Numbered from the stretch's first letter, positions 22,357 through 34,070 are shown. The stretch is DNA of 64,000 nucleotides from an uncultured cyanobacterium (GCA_963793425.1 CAWCAG010000007.1:704001-768000); one strand, 5' to 3'. Notes: generated by a model not told the origin, from the letters alone. Numbers and translations: made by a program.

Positions 22357-23526
22357 ATGCGTATTTTTATTAGTACTGGTGAAGTTTCTGGTGACTTACA
22401 AGGTGCTTTGTTAGTAGAGGCCCTGAAACGTCAAGGAGAATTGTTAGGTGTTGAACTAGAAATTGCTGGTACAGGGGGGAAACGCATGGCAGAAGCCGGT
22501 TGTAACCTGATTGGTGATACAACTCAAATTAGTTCTTTGGGTATTTTAGAGGGCATACCTTTTGTTTTGGCAACTTGGCGAATGCAGGATCTTGTCAAAA
22601 AATATGTGCAGCACAATCCTCCCGATTTGTTGATTTTAATCGACTACCTTGATCCTAATTTAAGCATTGGTTCTTACATTCGTCGCCACTGGCCCCAAGT
22701 TCCCATAATTTATTACATTGCCCCACAAATGTGGGTTTGGTCACCTCTAACTCGGCAGAATAGCAAAATCTTAGAGATAACTGATCGATTGCTGGCTATC
22801 TTTCCAGGGGAGGCTACTTACTTTGCGAAACAAGGGTTATCTGTTGGCTGGGTAGGGCATCCTCTGTTAGATCGTATGGCGAAAGCACCTAATCGGGAAA
22901 ACGCCCGCAGGTTATTAGGCATTGACCCCCAGAAAACAATTATCACCCTCTTACCAGCCTCTCGTAAACAAGAACTTACTTACTTACTTCCAGCAATTTT
23001 TGCTGCGGCACAACAACTCCAAGAAAAGTTGACTGAGGTAGAATTTTTAATTCCTCTTTCGGTAGAAAGTTTCGCTGAACCTATTGCTAAGGCGATCACA
23101 ACCTACAATTTAGCAGCAACTATTGTAGAAAACAAAACTTTAGAAGCACTCGCGGCTGCGGATTTAGCTATTACTAAGAGTGGTACGGTTAACCTGGAAT
23201 TAGCCTTGCTAAATGTACCTCAAGTAGTTGTTTACAAACTTAATCCTTTGACTATGTGGATTGCCAGGAAAGTATTTAAGTTTGATGTACCTTTTGTCTC
23301 TCCTGCTAACTTAGTATCTATGCAGTCTGTTGTACCAGAATTATTTCAAGAAGAAGCGAATCCTCAAAGAATTGTCCAAGAAGCAATGGATTTATTATTT
23401 AACCCCAAAAGAAGAGAAAAAACCATCGCTGACTATCAACAATTGCACCAAGATTTAGGGGAAGCAGGGGTTTGCGATCGCGCTGCTAAAGAAATACTTG
23501 AGTTTGATAAGAAGAAAGTGAAGTGA
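22357..23526 (+). CDS. lpxB: Lipid-A-disaccharide synthase
   Basis: STGEVSGDLQG, YYIAPQMWVW, VGHPL, LLPASR.QE, KSGTVNLE, VPELFQ. Confidence 0.97.
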   Translation: MRIFISTGEVSGDLQGALLVEALKRQGELLGVELEIAGTGGKRMAEAGCNLIGDTTQISSLGILEGIPFVLATWRMQDLVKKYVQHNPPDLLILIDYLDPNLSIGSYIRRHWPQVPIIYYIAPQMWVWSPLTRQNSKILEITDRLLAIFPGEATYFAKQGLSVGWVGHPLLDRMAKAPNRENARRLLGIDPQKTIITLLPASRKQELTYLLPAIFAAAQQLQEKLTEVEFLIPLSVESFAEPIAKAITTYNLAATIVENKTLEALAAADLAITKSGTVNLELALLNVPQVVVYKLNPLTMWIARKVFKFDVPFVSPANLVSMQSVVPELFQEEANPQRIVQEAMDLLFNPKRREKTIADYQQLHQDLGEAGVCDRAAKEILEFDKKKVK

Positions 23527-23841
23527 ATAAGCTTTATTAATTCGATTCCACAATTCAGGTTGCTGCTTTAATGCCAATCAATTTTCTTAATATGTGTGTC
23601 AATTTCTTGTCTATGGGCAAAATTGATGTCTTGATAAATCTCTAGTCCTAGAGACTCTAACGGTTGAGGGGCAGGAACTTTCCAACGACGGCTTGTTCTA
23701 ATATTTCCTGGGGCAACCTAATAGAGGGATAAATGGTTGTGTCCATTCCAGGGTTGGTAAAGATAGGGCTGGCAACCAATCACTACTGTATGAATCGTCC
23801 CAGGGAGATATGAGTACCATATGCAAAAAGCTAATTTTGTA

Positions 23842-24456
23842 TCAACCCCATACCCGAAGCAAACTTAAGATAAAACCTGGTAACACCTCTTCACCAGATA
23901 ACTCAGAAGGATTTTTTCGTACTTCGACTGCCAGCCCTGGTCGATAAATTTCCACTTGCCGATGTTGCGGGTCTAACAGCCAGCCTAACCTTGCCCCATT
24001 ATCGATATACTCTCTCATTTTATCTTGCACAGATTTGAGGCTATCGGAACTAGAGCGTAACTCAACCACAAAATCGGGGCAAACATTAGCGAAAGTTCCT
24101 TTTTGCTCTGGGGTAAGCGCCTGCCAACGTTCTGGGCTAACCCAAGAGGCATCAGGGGCGCGAATTGCTCCATTTGGTAAAATGAAGCCAGTGGAAGAGT
24201 CAAATACTTCACCAGGTTCCCCTGCCTTACGCCACCATAAATACAACTCTCCAGAAAGGCTGGAGTTACGTTTTCCAGTTTGCCAGCCGGTTGGCGGATT
24301 CACAATCAACTCTCCTTGTGCAGTTCTTTCCATTCTCAAATCTCGGTTTGCTACTGTTAAGGCAACAAACTGTTCTGGGGTTACATATAAGCTAATCGTT
24401 TTCGGTAACTCAATCAGTAAAGTTTCAGTTTCCGGTCTAACAGGTATCTGTACCAT
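23842..24456 (-). CDS. Uma2 family endonuclease (DUF820)
   Basis: ERTAQGELIV, FDSSTGF.LPNGA.RAPDASWV, CPDFVVELRS, GARLGWLLDP. Confidence 0.93.
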   Translation of the reverse strand: MVQIPVRPETETLLIELPKTISLYVTPEQFVALTVANRDLRMERTAQGELIVNPPTGWQTGKRNSSLSGELYLWWRKAGEPGEVFDSSTGFILPNGAIRAPDASWVSPERWQALTPEQKGTFANVCPDFVVELRSSSDSLKSVQDKMREYIDNGARLGWLLDPQHRQVEIYRPGLAVEVRKNPSELSGEEVLPGFILSLLRVWG

Positions 24457-24594
24457 CTCGCTCTAAAATCCCCTTGAATAGTTGCAATTTATTGAAAATT
24501 ACGATCACAGAAGTTGACATCATACTAAATCCACTTCACGAAACGCCCTTATAAAACTCAGAAAAAAGTTCTCACTCTGCCTATTCCCTACTCC

Positions 24595-25863
24595 CTACTC
24601 CCTACTCCCTGCTCCCTTCTTAATATTAGAATAAGCCCCCTTAACCCCAGGGTTAACCCCACTTTGCCAGTTAGGATCACTAATAAGTTGCCAGGTTAAG
24701 TTAGCAGGTAAAGCAGTGGGATTCGGGGCATTGGCAAAACTAACATTAACTCGACTAACAGCAATAGGAATAATTTGTACTTGGGCTAATTCAAAAGTTT
24801 CCAAATCAAACAAAGCCCTACCAATTAAATTTTCTGCTTTAGGTAAAAGGGCTGGGTGAATAAAGTTACCTAAACTTTCAAACATAACTCCTTTTTTGCC
24901 GCGAGAAGATTCAACAATACGTACAGGTTTCCAAACGTGAGGCCCATGACCAAAAACGACATCGCCATCGTAATATTGAATAAATTCTACTCCTGTATTA
25001 ACTAATTCCTGTTGAGTTTCTGTCGTCCAACTATGAATAGAGAGAATACGAATATCTGCATCAGCATCTCGTAGGGAACGTAAGACAGTCTTTTTGTCAG
25101 CCCGACAAGTAACGTAGGTACAATCTCCGTCGGCTAAATAAATGTTAGCAAAGGCAACTTTGATAGGGCGACCTTTAATATTCAAAGTTTTAACTTGTGC
25201 TTCTTTTTGAGTTCCCACACCATGCCAAAGCCATTCCGTACTGCTTTCTTGACTCAAAAATTCTAAATTGTCAGCCGAAACCTTTGCACCGTTTTCTCCA
25301 TCTTCAGCATTAGGGCAATCCCTAGCATGGTTGTTAGCTAAACCAATGAGGTTAAAACCCCTTTGATACAAATCCACTATATTGTCGGGATGGGACATAA
25401 AAGCAAAAGAACTTGGTCCTAAAGCGGCCCAAAATTGATTACAACGAGTTCCTACGGTAGTTTCCCAATTAATAAAAGAGAGATCCCCCCGATAAGATTT
25501 GCCTGTGGGGTCGAAGGCATCAAGTTTTTGACCAAAACTAGCGGGTAAGGGCTGTTGATGAGTATCCGCCATTGCTGCGTCGCCGACTCCTCGAATATCC
25601 AAAAATTCAGTAGCTTCATCTTTATCTAAGGCGACTGGAGCTACTGAAGCATTGACATCACTTTGGTTGGCTTCTTCTCCTAGACTCACAGCAACAATAG
25701 GAGTTTCCGGTTCCGGTAGAGGAGTAGGAATAGCATTTGTGACATCTACTACATTTTCATCAGGAGACTCTTGGTTTACTTCTGAAGTGCTACATCCTGT
25801 AACACTAGCTAGCAAGCTGATAAAAAGTAAGCTAGCCGGCCAAAAGCGATTTACGTATATCAT
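24595..25863 (-). CDS. CapA family (metallophosphatase-fold) lipoprotein
   Basis: Lipobox VTGC; GVGD, NWET, LANNH..D, SIHSW, GHGPHV, SLGNF motifs. Confidence 0.85.
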   Translation of the reverse strand: MIYVNRFWPASLLFISLLASVTGCSTSEVNQESPDENVVDVTNAIPTPLPEPETPIVAVSLGEEANQSDVNASVAPVALDKDEATEFLDIRGVGDAAMADTHQQPLPASFGQKLDAFDPTGKSYRGDLSFINWETTVGTRCNQFWAALGPSSFAFMSHPDNIVDLYQRGFNLIGLANNHARDCPNAEDGENGAKVSADNLEFLSQESSTEWLWHGVGTQKEAQVKTLNIKGRPIKVAFANIYLADGDCTYVTCRADKKTVLRSLRDADADIRILSIHSWTTETQQELVNTGVEFIQYYDGDVVFGHGPHVWKPVRIVESSRGKKGVMFESLGNFIHPALLPKAENLIGRALFDLETFELAQVQIIPIAVSRVNVSFANAPNPTALPANLTWQLISDPNWQSGVNPGVKGAYSNIKKGAGSRE

Positions 25864-26109
25864 AATAAGAGTGTTTTTGCTTCTAGAAAAAGGTCTAAAG
25901 TTAATATGGAGAAGTACCTTTGGTAACTGATTAAGCCACGAAAACTAAAACAATATGGTAGTTTAGTGTCACAACAGGTTATATGTAAATGCACTTAATT
26001 ACAGAGCTATTAATTTACTTCTGTAGAAAGTTTGTTCTTAAGCGGGATATTTTGTCGGAAACAATCTACTTGTTCACCATCGTAAAAAGCGCGATCGCTC
26101 TCTCTTCTA

Positions 26110-28650
26110 ATGGTAAAAATAGGCAATTCTAATTTTTCTCCTACGGAACTTAGAGTTTTTGACATCCTTCAGACACCAATCTGGATTATTGATATTTCTC
26201 AAATGAGAATATTTTGGGCTAATCGAGCGGCTCAAAAGTTATGGCATACCTCTAGCTTAGAAGAGTTTGTTAACCTTGATTGGGGCAACTATATCCGTGC
26301 TGTTCAAGCCAATCTACAACAGTATTTAGCTAAGTTCCGGCAAGGGGATTGTGTAATCGCACAACAGAGGTTTGATAATTTTGATAAACCGATAACTTTG
26401 CCTTGTTTATCTTCTGGTATTGAATTAAATGCTGGACTAGGTATTGTGGTAGAAGTTGTGGCTAAGGCTTTACCACAGCTAAATACAGATACTTCTCTAT
26501 TTTTAAATAGTAACAACAGTAATTTTTTTCTTTCAATAATTAGAAACATCACTGAACGTAAGGAAGCGGAAATTGCTTTGCAACAAAGTGAAGAGCGCTA
26601 TCGGCTTCTCGCAGAAAATGCTACAGACATGATTTCTCGCCACCAACCTAGTGGAGCTTATGTTTATGCCTCTCCTGCTTGCCAAAGTTTGCTAGGATAC
26701 GAACCAGAAGAATTAATTAATACTGATGCTTATGATCTATTTCATCCCGATGATATAAAAAATATTAGACGCTCTCATAAAACTATTCTCAAAAATTTAG
26801 TTACCGACACGGTTAGTTATCGAATGCGCCATAAAGCAGGTCACTATATTTGGCTAGAAAGTAAGTCCAAAGCAGTTCAAAATTCTCTGGGAAAAGTTAA
26901 AGAGATTATTGCTGTTTCTAGAGAAATTACAGAACGTAAAAGAGTAGAAAATGCTCTGCGAGAAACGGAAGCTAAGTATCGCAATATTTTTGAAAATATA
27001 ACTCAAGGTATTTTTCAAACTACACCAGAAGGACGGTATATAAGTGCTAACCCCGCTTTAGCTAATATCTTAGGTTATGATTCGCCAGATGAACTAATTA
27101 CTAGTATTAATGATATAGCCCAGCAGATTTATGTAGAGCCTCAACAGCGTTATAAATTATCTCAATTAGTAGAAAAGTACGGTTCTGTATCCGGTTATGA
27201 ATATCAAGCTTATAAGCGAGATAGAAAGAAAATTTGGGTTGCTGAAAATGTTCGTGAAGTTCGCAACAAAGCAGGAAAATTACTTTGTTACGAAGGCAGT
27301 TTAGAAGATATTACTTCTCGCCGTCTCACAGAAGAAAAACTCGTTTATCAAGCTTTTCATGATAGTTTGACTGGCTTACCAAACCGCGCTTGGTTTATTA
27401 AACATCTAGAAAAAGTGATGCAGCAAGCTTCTCAAAAAGAGGATTGTAACTATGCTGTACTTTTTATTGATTTAGACCGCTTTAAGTTAGTTAATGATAG
27501 TTTTGGACATCTTGTTGGTGACGACTTAATTAAAAGGGTCGTCTTTCGTTTACAGGATTGTCTTCAAGCTGAGGATATTCTTGCTCGTTTAGGGGGAGAT
27601 GAATTTGCTATCCTGTTAGAGGGAAAAATCAGAGTTGAGCATAGTATTTTCGTTGCCAAAAAAATTGAAGAACAACTCAAACATCCTTTCCTTTTAGAAG
27701 GGCATGAAGTATTCGCTACTGCTAGCATTGGCATCACCTATAGCAATATTGGCTATCGAAAAGCCATAGATTTGCTCAGGGATGTAGATACAGCAATGTA
27801 TCATGCCAAAGCTCAAGGTAAAGCTCGTTACTCTGTCTTTAAACCAGCCATGAAAACTGGTGCAATGGCTCGCTTAAAATTAGAAAATGATTTGCGTCAT
27901 GCTTTGCGAAGAAAAGAGTTTCATCTTTATTATCAACCTATTGTTTCTCTGACAAATGGCTGTCTGCATGGTTTTGAATCTTTGTTACGTTGGCAGCATC
28001 CCTCTGGGCAGTGGATTTCTCCTCACAAAATTATTCCTGTAGCAGAAGAAACTGGGTTGATTAATCCTCTTGGTTTGTGGATATTTAGAGAAGCTTGTTA
28101 CCAATTAGTAGAGTGGCAAAACAAATTTACTCCAGCTTTCCCTTTAGTTATTAATGTTAATATTTCTGGAGTACAACTGAAACAGATAGATTTAGTAGAG
28201 CAAATGGCCAGCATTTTGCAAGAAACTGGTGCTGATGGTTCTTTTATCAAGCTAGAAATCACAGAAAGCTGTTTTTTAGAAACCATTTCTTTTGCTGCTT
28301 CTATGGTTAAAGAGTTAAAAAACTTAGGTATAAAAATTTGTATTGATGATTTTGGTACAGGTTACTCTTCTCTCAGTCGTCTCCACGAATTTCCTATTGA
28401 TACATTAAAAATAGACCGCTCTTTTGTTAGTCGTTTAAGCTTAAATAGTAGTCATACGGCTATTGTTCAAACAATTGTTACTTTGGCCCATAGTTTAGGG
28501 ATGGATGTAGTTGCTGAAGGTATAGAAACTGATGCTCAAAAAGAGAAATTGCAACAGTTGAGTTGCAATTTTGGCCAAGGTTATCTTTTTGCTAAAGCTG
28601 TAGATAGAGAAACTGCTTCTCAAATGGTTGATAGCTGTATTAGCTGTTGA
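26110..28650 (+). CDS. PAS-PAS-GGDEF-EAL c-di-GMP signalling protein
   Basis: PAS/PAC repeats, HDSLTGLPNR, RLGGDEF, EAL variant ESL, DDFGTGYSSL, VVAEGIET. Confidence 0.95.
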   Translation: MVKIGNSNFSPTELRVFDILQTPIWIIDISQMRIFWANRAAQKLWHTSSLEEFVNLDWGNYIRAVQANLQQYLAKFRQGDCVIAQQRFDNFDKPITLPCLSSGIELNAGLGIVVEVVAKALPQLNTDTSLFLNSNNSNFFLSIIRNITERKEAEIALQQSEERYRLLAENATDMISRHQPSGAYVYASPACQSLLGYEPEELINTDAYDLFHPDDIKNIRRSHKTILKNLVTDTVSYRMRHKAGHYIWLESKSKAVQNSLGKVKEIIAVSREITERKRVENALRETEAKYRNIFENITQGIFQTTPEGRYISANPALANILGYDSPDELITSINDIAQQIYVEPQQRYKLSQLVEKYGSVSGYEYQAYKRDRKKIWVAENVREVRNKAGKLLCYEGSLEDITSRRLTEEKLVYQAFHDSLTGLPNRAWFIKHLEKVMQQASQKEDCNYAVLFIDLDRFKLVNDSFGHLVGDDLIKRVVFRLQDCLQAEDILARLGGDEFAILLEGKIRVEHSIFVAKKIEEQLKHPFLLEGHEVFATASIGITYSNIGYRKAIDLLRDVDTAMYHAKAQGKARYSVFKPAMKTGAMARLKLENDLRHALRRKEFHLYYQPIVSLTNGCLHGFESLLRWQHPSGQWISPHKIIPVAEETGLINPLGLWIFREACYQLVEWQNKFTPAFPLVINVNISGVQLKQIDLVEQMASILQETGADGSFIKLEITESCFLETISFAASMVKELKNLGIKICIDDFGTGYSSLSRLHEFPIDTLKIDRSFVSRLSLNSSHTAIVQTIVTLAHSLGMDVVAEGIETDAQKEKLQQLSCNFGQGYLFAKAVDRETASQMVDSCISC

Positions 28651-29016
28651 GTTATCTTTTGATTCATTTAGTTAAGGTTATTTGATCATCATCTATTATC
28701 TGCACCCAAGTGATTTTACCCAACTTCTCTACTAGTTTATTGCTCAACAAAACCTAAACACTATATCTAAAAAGCTAAAAACAGTTATTTTTGCTGGTGA
28801 ATTTTTCGGAACATTTGCTAACTAGACCCGTCACCACCATCAGAGTTATACTAAGGAGCTAGATTATTACTTAATTTAAACTGTTTATAATCTTTGGAAA
28901 TAGTTCAAATTCCCTTATTATTAAGAAACAAAATAATTAACTTCATTTGAAAATTTAAGCATTGTTTAAGGTACTGGGGTTAAAAGTCAATAGCTTAGTC
29001 ACAAAAATTAATTAAA

Positions 29017-30819
29017 ATGAGCGAAAAATTTAAGTTCTTTTGGCAAGTAGCGATCGCCGCTCAAAAAGCCTCAAGAAACTTTTCTAATCAGGGCTATAAA
29101 TTAGCTTTACTTACTTGGGTTATACTTTGTTTTTGTTCCCAGACAGTCTTAGCTAAACCATCTACTACTACTTCTTTTTACTTAGCTCAAAAACCTGACC
29201 CCAATGAAGAGCGTTTTCTCCAACCTCAGCCTCCTGTATCTCCTTTACCGGAAGAAGAAGAAGACACTCCTTCTCAACCTCCAACTCCTCCTCAAGCTTC
29301 CCCTCAAACTGAAAACTCAGAAACAATTGCTGTCAAAACAGTTATTGTTAGTGGCACAAGCATTTTTACAGAAGACGATTTAGCCAATATTATTCAACCT
29401 TTACTAAACCGTAATGTTACCTTACAAGAACTCCAAGAAGCTACTGATGCCATTACCCAGCGCTATTTAGAACAAGGTTATATTACTTCCAGGGCCATCT
29501 TAGATCAAAACAATATCACTCCTGATGGCACGGTCACAATTCAAGTGGTTGAAGGTAGCTTAGAAGCGATTGAAATCCAAGGCACTGAACGCTTAAAGGA
29601 AAGTTACATACGGAATCGCGTGGAATTAGGAACCGGTAAACCCTTAAATACTGGCGACTTAGAAGATCAACTACGCTTGCTCCGGGCTGATCCTCTTTTA
29701 GATAATGTCGAAGCCAACCTCCGTACGGGTAGCAATGCTAGCCAATCTATTTTAGTAGTTAGAGTAACCGAAGCCAATCCCTGGTCAGGGGGTTTAAGCA
29801 TTGATAACTATTCTCCCCCTAGTGTCGGTTCAGAAAGAATAGTCGGCAATCTTAGTAATGCCAACCTCACAGGTAACGGAGATAACTTAGGAGTTGCTTT
29901 TAGCCATACCACCAGAAGCGGTGCAGACACTTTAGATTTCAACTATCGCTTGCCTGTCAACCCCATGAACGGCACGGTACAGTTGAGGGCTTCTTTTAAC
30001 CGTAACGAAGTAGTAATAGACGATTTTAAAGCATTAGGTATTAGGGGAGAATCAGAATTATATGAAATTAGCTATCGCCAACCTTTAGTTAGAACACCCC
30101 GTGAAGAACTAGCTTTATCTTTAGGTTTTAGCTACCAAGACGGGCAAACTTTCACCTTTGCTGGGCCAACTCCTTTTGGTTTTGGTCCTAATGATGAAGG
30201 TATCACTACCACTAGCGTTTTTAAATTTGGTCAAGATTATTTGTTACGTCAACCCTCTGGCTCCTGGGCTTTTAGATCACAATTTAGCATTGGTACAGCA
30301 CTGTTTGGAGCCACAGAAAACTCTGAACCTAGAGTTCCTGACGGTCAATTCTTAAGTTGGTTAGGGCAAATTCAAAGGGTACAGGTAATCAATGAAAACA
30401 ACTTTCTGATTGGTTCAATAGATATACAACTGGCTGGAGATGGCTTACTTTCTTCCCAACAGTTTGTCATTGGTGGTGGACAGTCAGTACGGGGTTTTCG
30501 CCAGAATGTCCGTGCTGGAGATAGTGGAGTACGCTTTTCTTTAGAAGATAGGATTACTCTAGAAAGGGATGAAGCGGGAATTCCTACCTTTCAATTTGCT
30601 CCCTTTTTGGATCTTGGTTGGGTTTGGAATTCTGCACAAAACAGCAATCCATTACCAGACCAAACCTTTATCATGGGGGTTGGGGCCGGCATTCTTTGGA
30701 CACCGCTACCGAATTTTAATATCCGACTCGATTACGGTGTACCTTTAATCGATCTAGAGGATCGCGGGGAAAATGCCCAGGACAATGGTTTTTATTTTCG
30801 AGCAGGTTATCAGTTTTAG
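29017..30819 (+). CDS. ShlB/FhaC/HecB (TpsB) two-partner secretion transporter
   Basis: POTRA (Y..QGYITSRA), DNYSPPSVG, GG.QSVRGFRQN..GD.G, C-terminal RLDYG.PL...NG.YF...YQF. Confidence 0.92.
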   Translation: MSEKFKFFWQVAIAAQKASRNFSNQGYKLALLTWVILCFCSQTVLAKPSTTTSFYLAQKPDPNEERFLQPQPPVSPLPEEEEDTPSQPPTPPQASPQTENSETIAVKTVIVSGTSIFTEDDLANIIQPLLNRNVTLQELQEATDAITQRYLEQGYITSRAILDQNNITPDGTVTIQVVEGSLEAIEIQGTERLKESYIRNRVELGTGKPLNTGDLEDQLRLLRADPLLDNVEANLRTGSNASQSILVVRVTEANPWSGGLSIDNYSPPSVGSERIVGNLSNANLTGNGDNLGVAFSHTTRSGADTLDFNYRLPVNPMNGTVQLRASFNRNEVVIDDFKALGIRGESELYEISYRQPLVRTPREELALSLGFSYQDGQTFTFAGPTPFGFGPNDEGITTTSVFKFGQDYLLRQPSGSWAFRSQFSIGTALFGATENSEPRVPDGQFLSWLGQIQRVQVINENNFLIGSIDIQLAGDGLLSSQQFVIGGGQSVRGFRQNVRAGDSGVRFSLEDRITLERDEAGIPTFQFAPFLDLGWVWNSAQNSNPLPDQTFIMGVGAGILWTPLPNFNIRLDYGVPLIDLEDRGENAQDNGFYFRAGYQF

Positions 30820-30897
30820 TAGGGAGTAGGGAGCAGGGAATAAAGACTTCTTCAAACTACCTAGCAAGTTGCTAATTATTCTAGCTCCCCAGCTCCC

Positions 30898-32031
30898 TCA
30901 ACCTCGCCCTGGTATCAAACTACTTTTCAAGCGTTGCATCGCCTTTTCTGTAACATCAGAGTAACGCAATTCTCCACAAAGGACTTTACTCATTAATTGG
31001 CCTGCGCTAGGTCTTTTCACCCCTACTTTATAAGCAATTTTAGGAAACTTATAAAACAATCCCGCCAAGCGTTGAGCAAGAACTAGATCAGAACCCCATT
31101 CTTGTTCAATAATTTTCGTATACTCCCCTAAAGCGTCCCTTTTACCTCCTAAAGCCTCACTAATCGCCTCCGCTGCTTTCATGCCGCTAAACATAGAAGG
31201 GCGAATTCCTTCAGCAGTGAGAGGGTCAACGAGACCAGCAGTTTCTCCTGCTAAAAGAGCATTTGAGGTATGTAGGGTTTTGTTTTCGCTCCATAGGTTC
31301 ATACAGCTTTGGTGATATTCACTTTTGCTGGTATCTAAACCTAATCCGGTGGCAAAATTGTTTAATTGCTTCTCTAATTCCTTTTCCTTACCTTTCCCCC
31401 CTAAAAATCCGGCACTAATTGAGTAACCATTGGCTTTAGGAAAAAGCCAAATCTGGCCGTTTTTCAGGGAACCAAAGTCAAAATGAGCCGTTTGACTATT
31501 TTCTGGGGAAACAGCAGTTTCTATTTCTAAAGCAGCAGCTAAGCATTGCTTGCTTGGTTTTAAACCTAACCAAGCAGCTAAAGGGCCACTAGCTCCATCG
31601 GCGGCGATTAAATAACGAGCATCGAAACTCCCGGTGGAAGTTGTTACGGTAACCCCATTTCCTCTTGCTTCAACCCCGGTAACTTCTGTTCCTTGTTTAA
31701 CCTCTGCTCCTTGCTCCTTAGCCCGCTCGATCAGAAACTGGTCAAATTCTCCCCGTTGTACCATCCACATAGGCTGAGGGCTGTTTAAAGGGACTTCCAC
31801 CACATCCCCTGATTTCCAGCTATAGCGTACTTGATTAACCGTAGTATTAATAACTGGTTGAAAATCAAAATCAAACCACTGAGCAACAGCAGGAGAAACC
31901 CCGCCACAGCATGGTTTATAGCGAGGTAAGGTTTCTTTTTCTAAAACTAAGACCGAGTGTCCTTTTTTGGCCAAATGATATGCGGCTGTACTTCCGGCCG
32001 GACCAGCACCCACAATAAGGCAATCAAGCAT
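30898..32031 (-). CDS. Geranylgeranyl reductase family FAD-dependent oxidoreductase
   Basis: IVGAGPAG, PRYKPCCGGV, R.EFD, IAADGA, AGE.AGLVDP..AEGIRP. Confidence 0.9.
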   Translation of the reverse strand: MLDCLIVGAGPAGSTAAYHLAKKGHSVLVLEKETLPRYKPCCGGVSPAVAQWFDFDFQPVINTTVNQVRYSWKSGDVVEVPLNSPQPMWMVQRGEFDQFLIERAKEQGAEVKQGTEVTGVEARGNGVTVTTSTGSFDARYLIAADGASGPLAAWLGLKPSKQCLAAALEIETAVSPENSQTAHFDFGSLKNGQIWLFPKANGYSISAGFLGGKGKEKELEKQLNNFATGLGLDTSKSEYHQSCMNLWSENKTLHTSNALLAGETAGLVDPLTAEGIRPSMFSGMKAAEAISEALGGKRDALGEYTKIIEQEWGSDLVLAQRLAGLFYKFPKIAYKVGVKRPSAGQLMSKVLCGELRYSDVTEKAMQRLKSSLIPGRG

Positions 32032-32164
32032 TTTATTTATTTTCGTTGTTGTTTTTTCCTTTGCAGGATTAAAGAAGGAATTGACCTTATAGGTTAGATA
32101 AATGAGCGGGGATTAAGTTTTGTTTTCCTTGCTCCCCGCTCCCTACTCCCTAGTCCCTTCTTCT

Positions 32165-32713
32165 TTAAACAGAAGTAATGTCTTTTTCTTTTTCGGCTAG
32201 TGAGGCATCAATCTTACTAGTATATTTGTCAGTAACTTTCTGAACGTTATCTTGATAATCTCTAGACTCGTCTTCAGAAATTTCGCTATCTTTTTCCTGC
32301 TTGCGAACAAAATCAATAGCATCCCGACGAATATTCCGCAAAGACACTTTCCCCTCCTCAGCTAATTTACTGGTTAACTTCACCAATTCTTTGCGCCGTT
32401 CGCTGGTTAACGGGGGAATATTTAAGCGAATCAGGTCGCCGTCATTGTTGGGGGTTAAACCCAAATCTGACATAGAAATGGCTTTTTCAATTTGAGCTAA
32501 ACTACCTTTGTCATAGGCTTGAATAGAGATAGTACTGGCATCAGGAGTGCTGATATTAGCCAGGGATTTTAATGGTGTCTCCGCACCATAGTACTCAACC
32601 ATGATCCGGTCGAGTAAGCTGGTACTAGCACGGCCAGTACGGATAGTATTAAAAGACCTTTGAGTAGATTCAATGGTCTTTTGCATTTGTTGTTCAACTT
32701 CACTTAACTTCAC
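32165..32713 (-). CDS. frr: Ribosome recycling factor
   Basis: [39 protein letters not shown] start at 32713 overlaps the end of pyrH. Confidence 0.97.
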   Translation of the reverse strand: MKLSEVEQQMQKTIESTQRSFNTIRTGRASTSLLDRIMVEYYGAETPLKSLANISTPDASTISIQAYDKGSLAQIEKAISMSDLGLTPNNDGDLIRLNIPPLTSERRKELVKLTSKLAEEGKVSLRNIRRDAIDFVRKQEKDSEISEDESRDYQDNVQKVTDKYTSKIDASLAEKEKDITSV

Positions 32714-33422
32714 AGAAACCTCCCACAATTGTTCCTATGGTTTCTCCTTGTACAGAACGGATAATATTACCCTGAACTGACAAGTCAAATATTACAATAG
32801 GAATGTCGTTCTCTTTGCATAGGGCGATCGCTGTGCCATCCATTACCCGTAGGTCTTTAGCTAAAACATGACCGTAGGTAAGGCTAGAATAGCGTTTAGC
32901 TTTGGGGTTTACTACAGGATCTGAATCGTAAACCCCATCTACTTTTGTACCTTTAAATATAACCTCTGCATCAATTTCTGCAGCTCTTAGAGCGGCTGTA
33001 GTATCAGTGGTGAAGAAAGGGTTCCCTGAACCTGCACCAAAAATCACTACTCGCCCTCTTTCCAAATGGCGAATTGCTCGCCGTCGGATATAGGGTTCAG
33101 CTATTTCTTGCATGGCGATGGCGGTTTGTACCCTTGTGGGTATGCCAATTTGCTCTAGGGCATCTTGCAAGGTCATGGCATTCATTACCGTAGCAATCAT
33201 ACCAACATAATCAGCCGTTGCTCGATCCATGCCAGCAGCAGAAGCTTTCACGCCACGAAAAATGTTGCCACCGCCAACGACGATTGCCATTTGAACGCCG
33301 CTTTTAACGACTTCTGAAATTTCTTGAGCGATGTCGGCTACAACTTTGGGATCAATGCCATAACCCAAGTCACCCATCAAGGCTTCGCCGCTTAGTTTTA
33401 ATAATACCCGGTGGTAAGTCAT
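32700..33422 (-). CDS. pyrH: UMP kinase
   Basis: [34 protein letters not shown]. Confidence 0.98.
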   Translation of the reverse strand: MTYHRVLLKLSGEALMGDLGYGIDPKVVADIAQEISEVVKSGVQMAIVVGGGNIFRGVKASAAGMDRATADYVGMIATVMNAMTLQDALEQIGIPTRVQTAIAMQEIAEPYIRRRAIRHLERGRVVIFGAGSGNPFFTTDTTAALRAAEIDAEVIFKGTKVDGVYDSDPVVNPKAKRYSSLTYGHVLAKDLRVMDGTAIALCKENDIPIVIFDLSVQGNIIRSVQGETIGTIVGGFCEVK

Positions 33423-33521
33423 CTAGGAAAAATGCGACTAATAATTGTTGTTTTTAGTTAGCCTCCACATTAAGATACCAGTTTTTCGCCATTCAATCTT
33501 TTTAAAGTGATTGTGATGACT

Positions 33522-34070
33522 TTAGCGCCACTTAAGAGGGCTACCGATAGCTTTTGTGGAGGTTGTTACCAGGTTTTCCCCACTTAATAAAGTGGTGATC
33601 GCTTGATATAAATATGACTTCTGCACCCTGTCTGGGGATTCCGGATTGTTCTTGATTCCCCCTGTGTATCTTAGTATGCCCTGTTTGTCAATCAGAAATG
33701 CTTCTGGTGTAGTTTGGGCTTGGAAACCACGAGCAACATCTTGGTTAGGATCTCGTAGATAAGGAAAGTTTAATTGATTTTGGTTGGCAAAATTTTTCAT
33801 TTCCTCAAAACTATCTTCAGGAACTTGTTGGCTATCGTTAGGGTTGATGCCAATGAGGGTAAAGTTTCGGGGTTGAAATTGGGCTTGAATTTCTTTTAAG
33901 TCAGGGAGGGCAAGGTCAACATATTGACATTGATTACTGAGAAAAATTACTCCTACCAAAGCAAATTGTTCTAAGTAACGGGCTAGGTGGTGGACTTGGC
34001 TGTCAACTCCTGGAAGTTCAAAGTCCGGGGCATACTGACCAATAGGGCTGATTTGCGGCTCGACGATCAT
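33522..34070 (-). CDS. Thioredoxin-fold AhpC/TSA family protein
   Basis: APDFELPGVD, IGINPND, DSFEEMK, FPYLRD..QDVA..F.A..TPE. Confidence 0.85.
   Translation of the reverse strand: MIVEPQISPIGQYAPDFELPGVDSQVHHLARYLEQFALVGVIFLSNQCQYVDLALPDLKEIQAQFQPRNFTLIGINPNDSQQVPEDSFEEMKNFANQNQLNFPYLRDPNQDVARGFQAQTTPEAFLIDKQGILRYTGGIKNNPESPDRVQKSYLYQAITTLLSGENLVTTSTKAIGSPLKWR

Noticed and set aside
23570..23820. Possible decayed gene on the minus strand (…VAPGNIRTSRRWKVPAPQPLESLGLEIYQDINFAHRQEID…)
   Set aside because: It has an internal stop and no family I recognise; BLASTX is needed.
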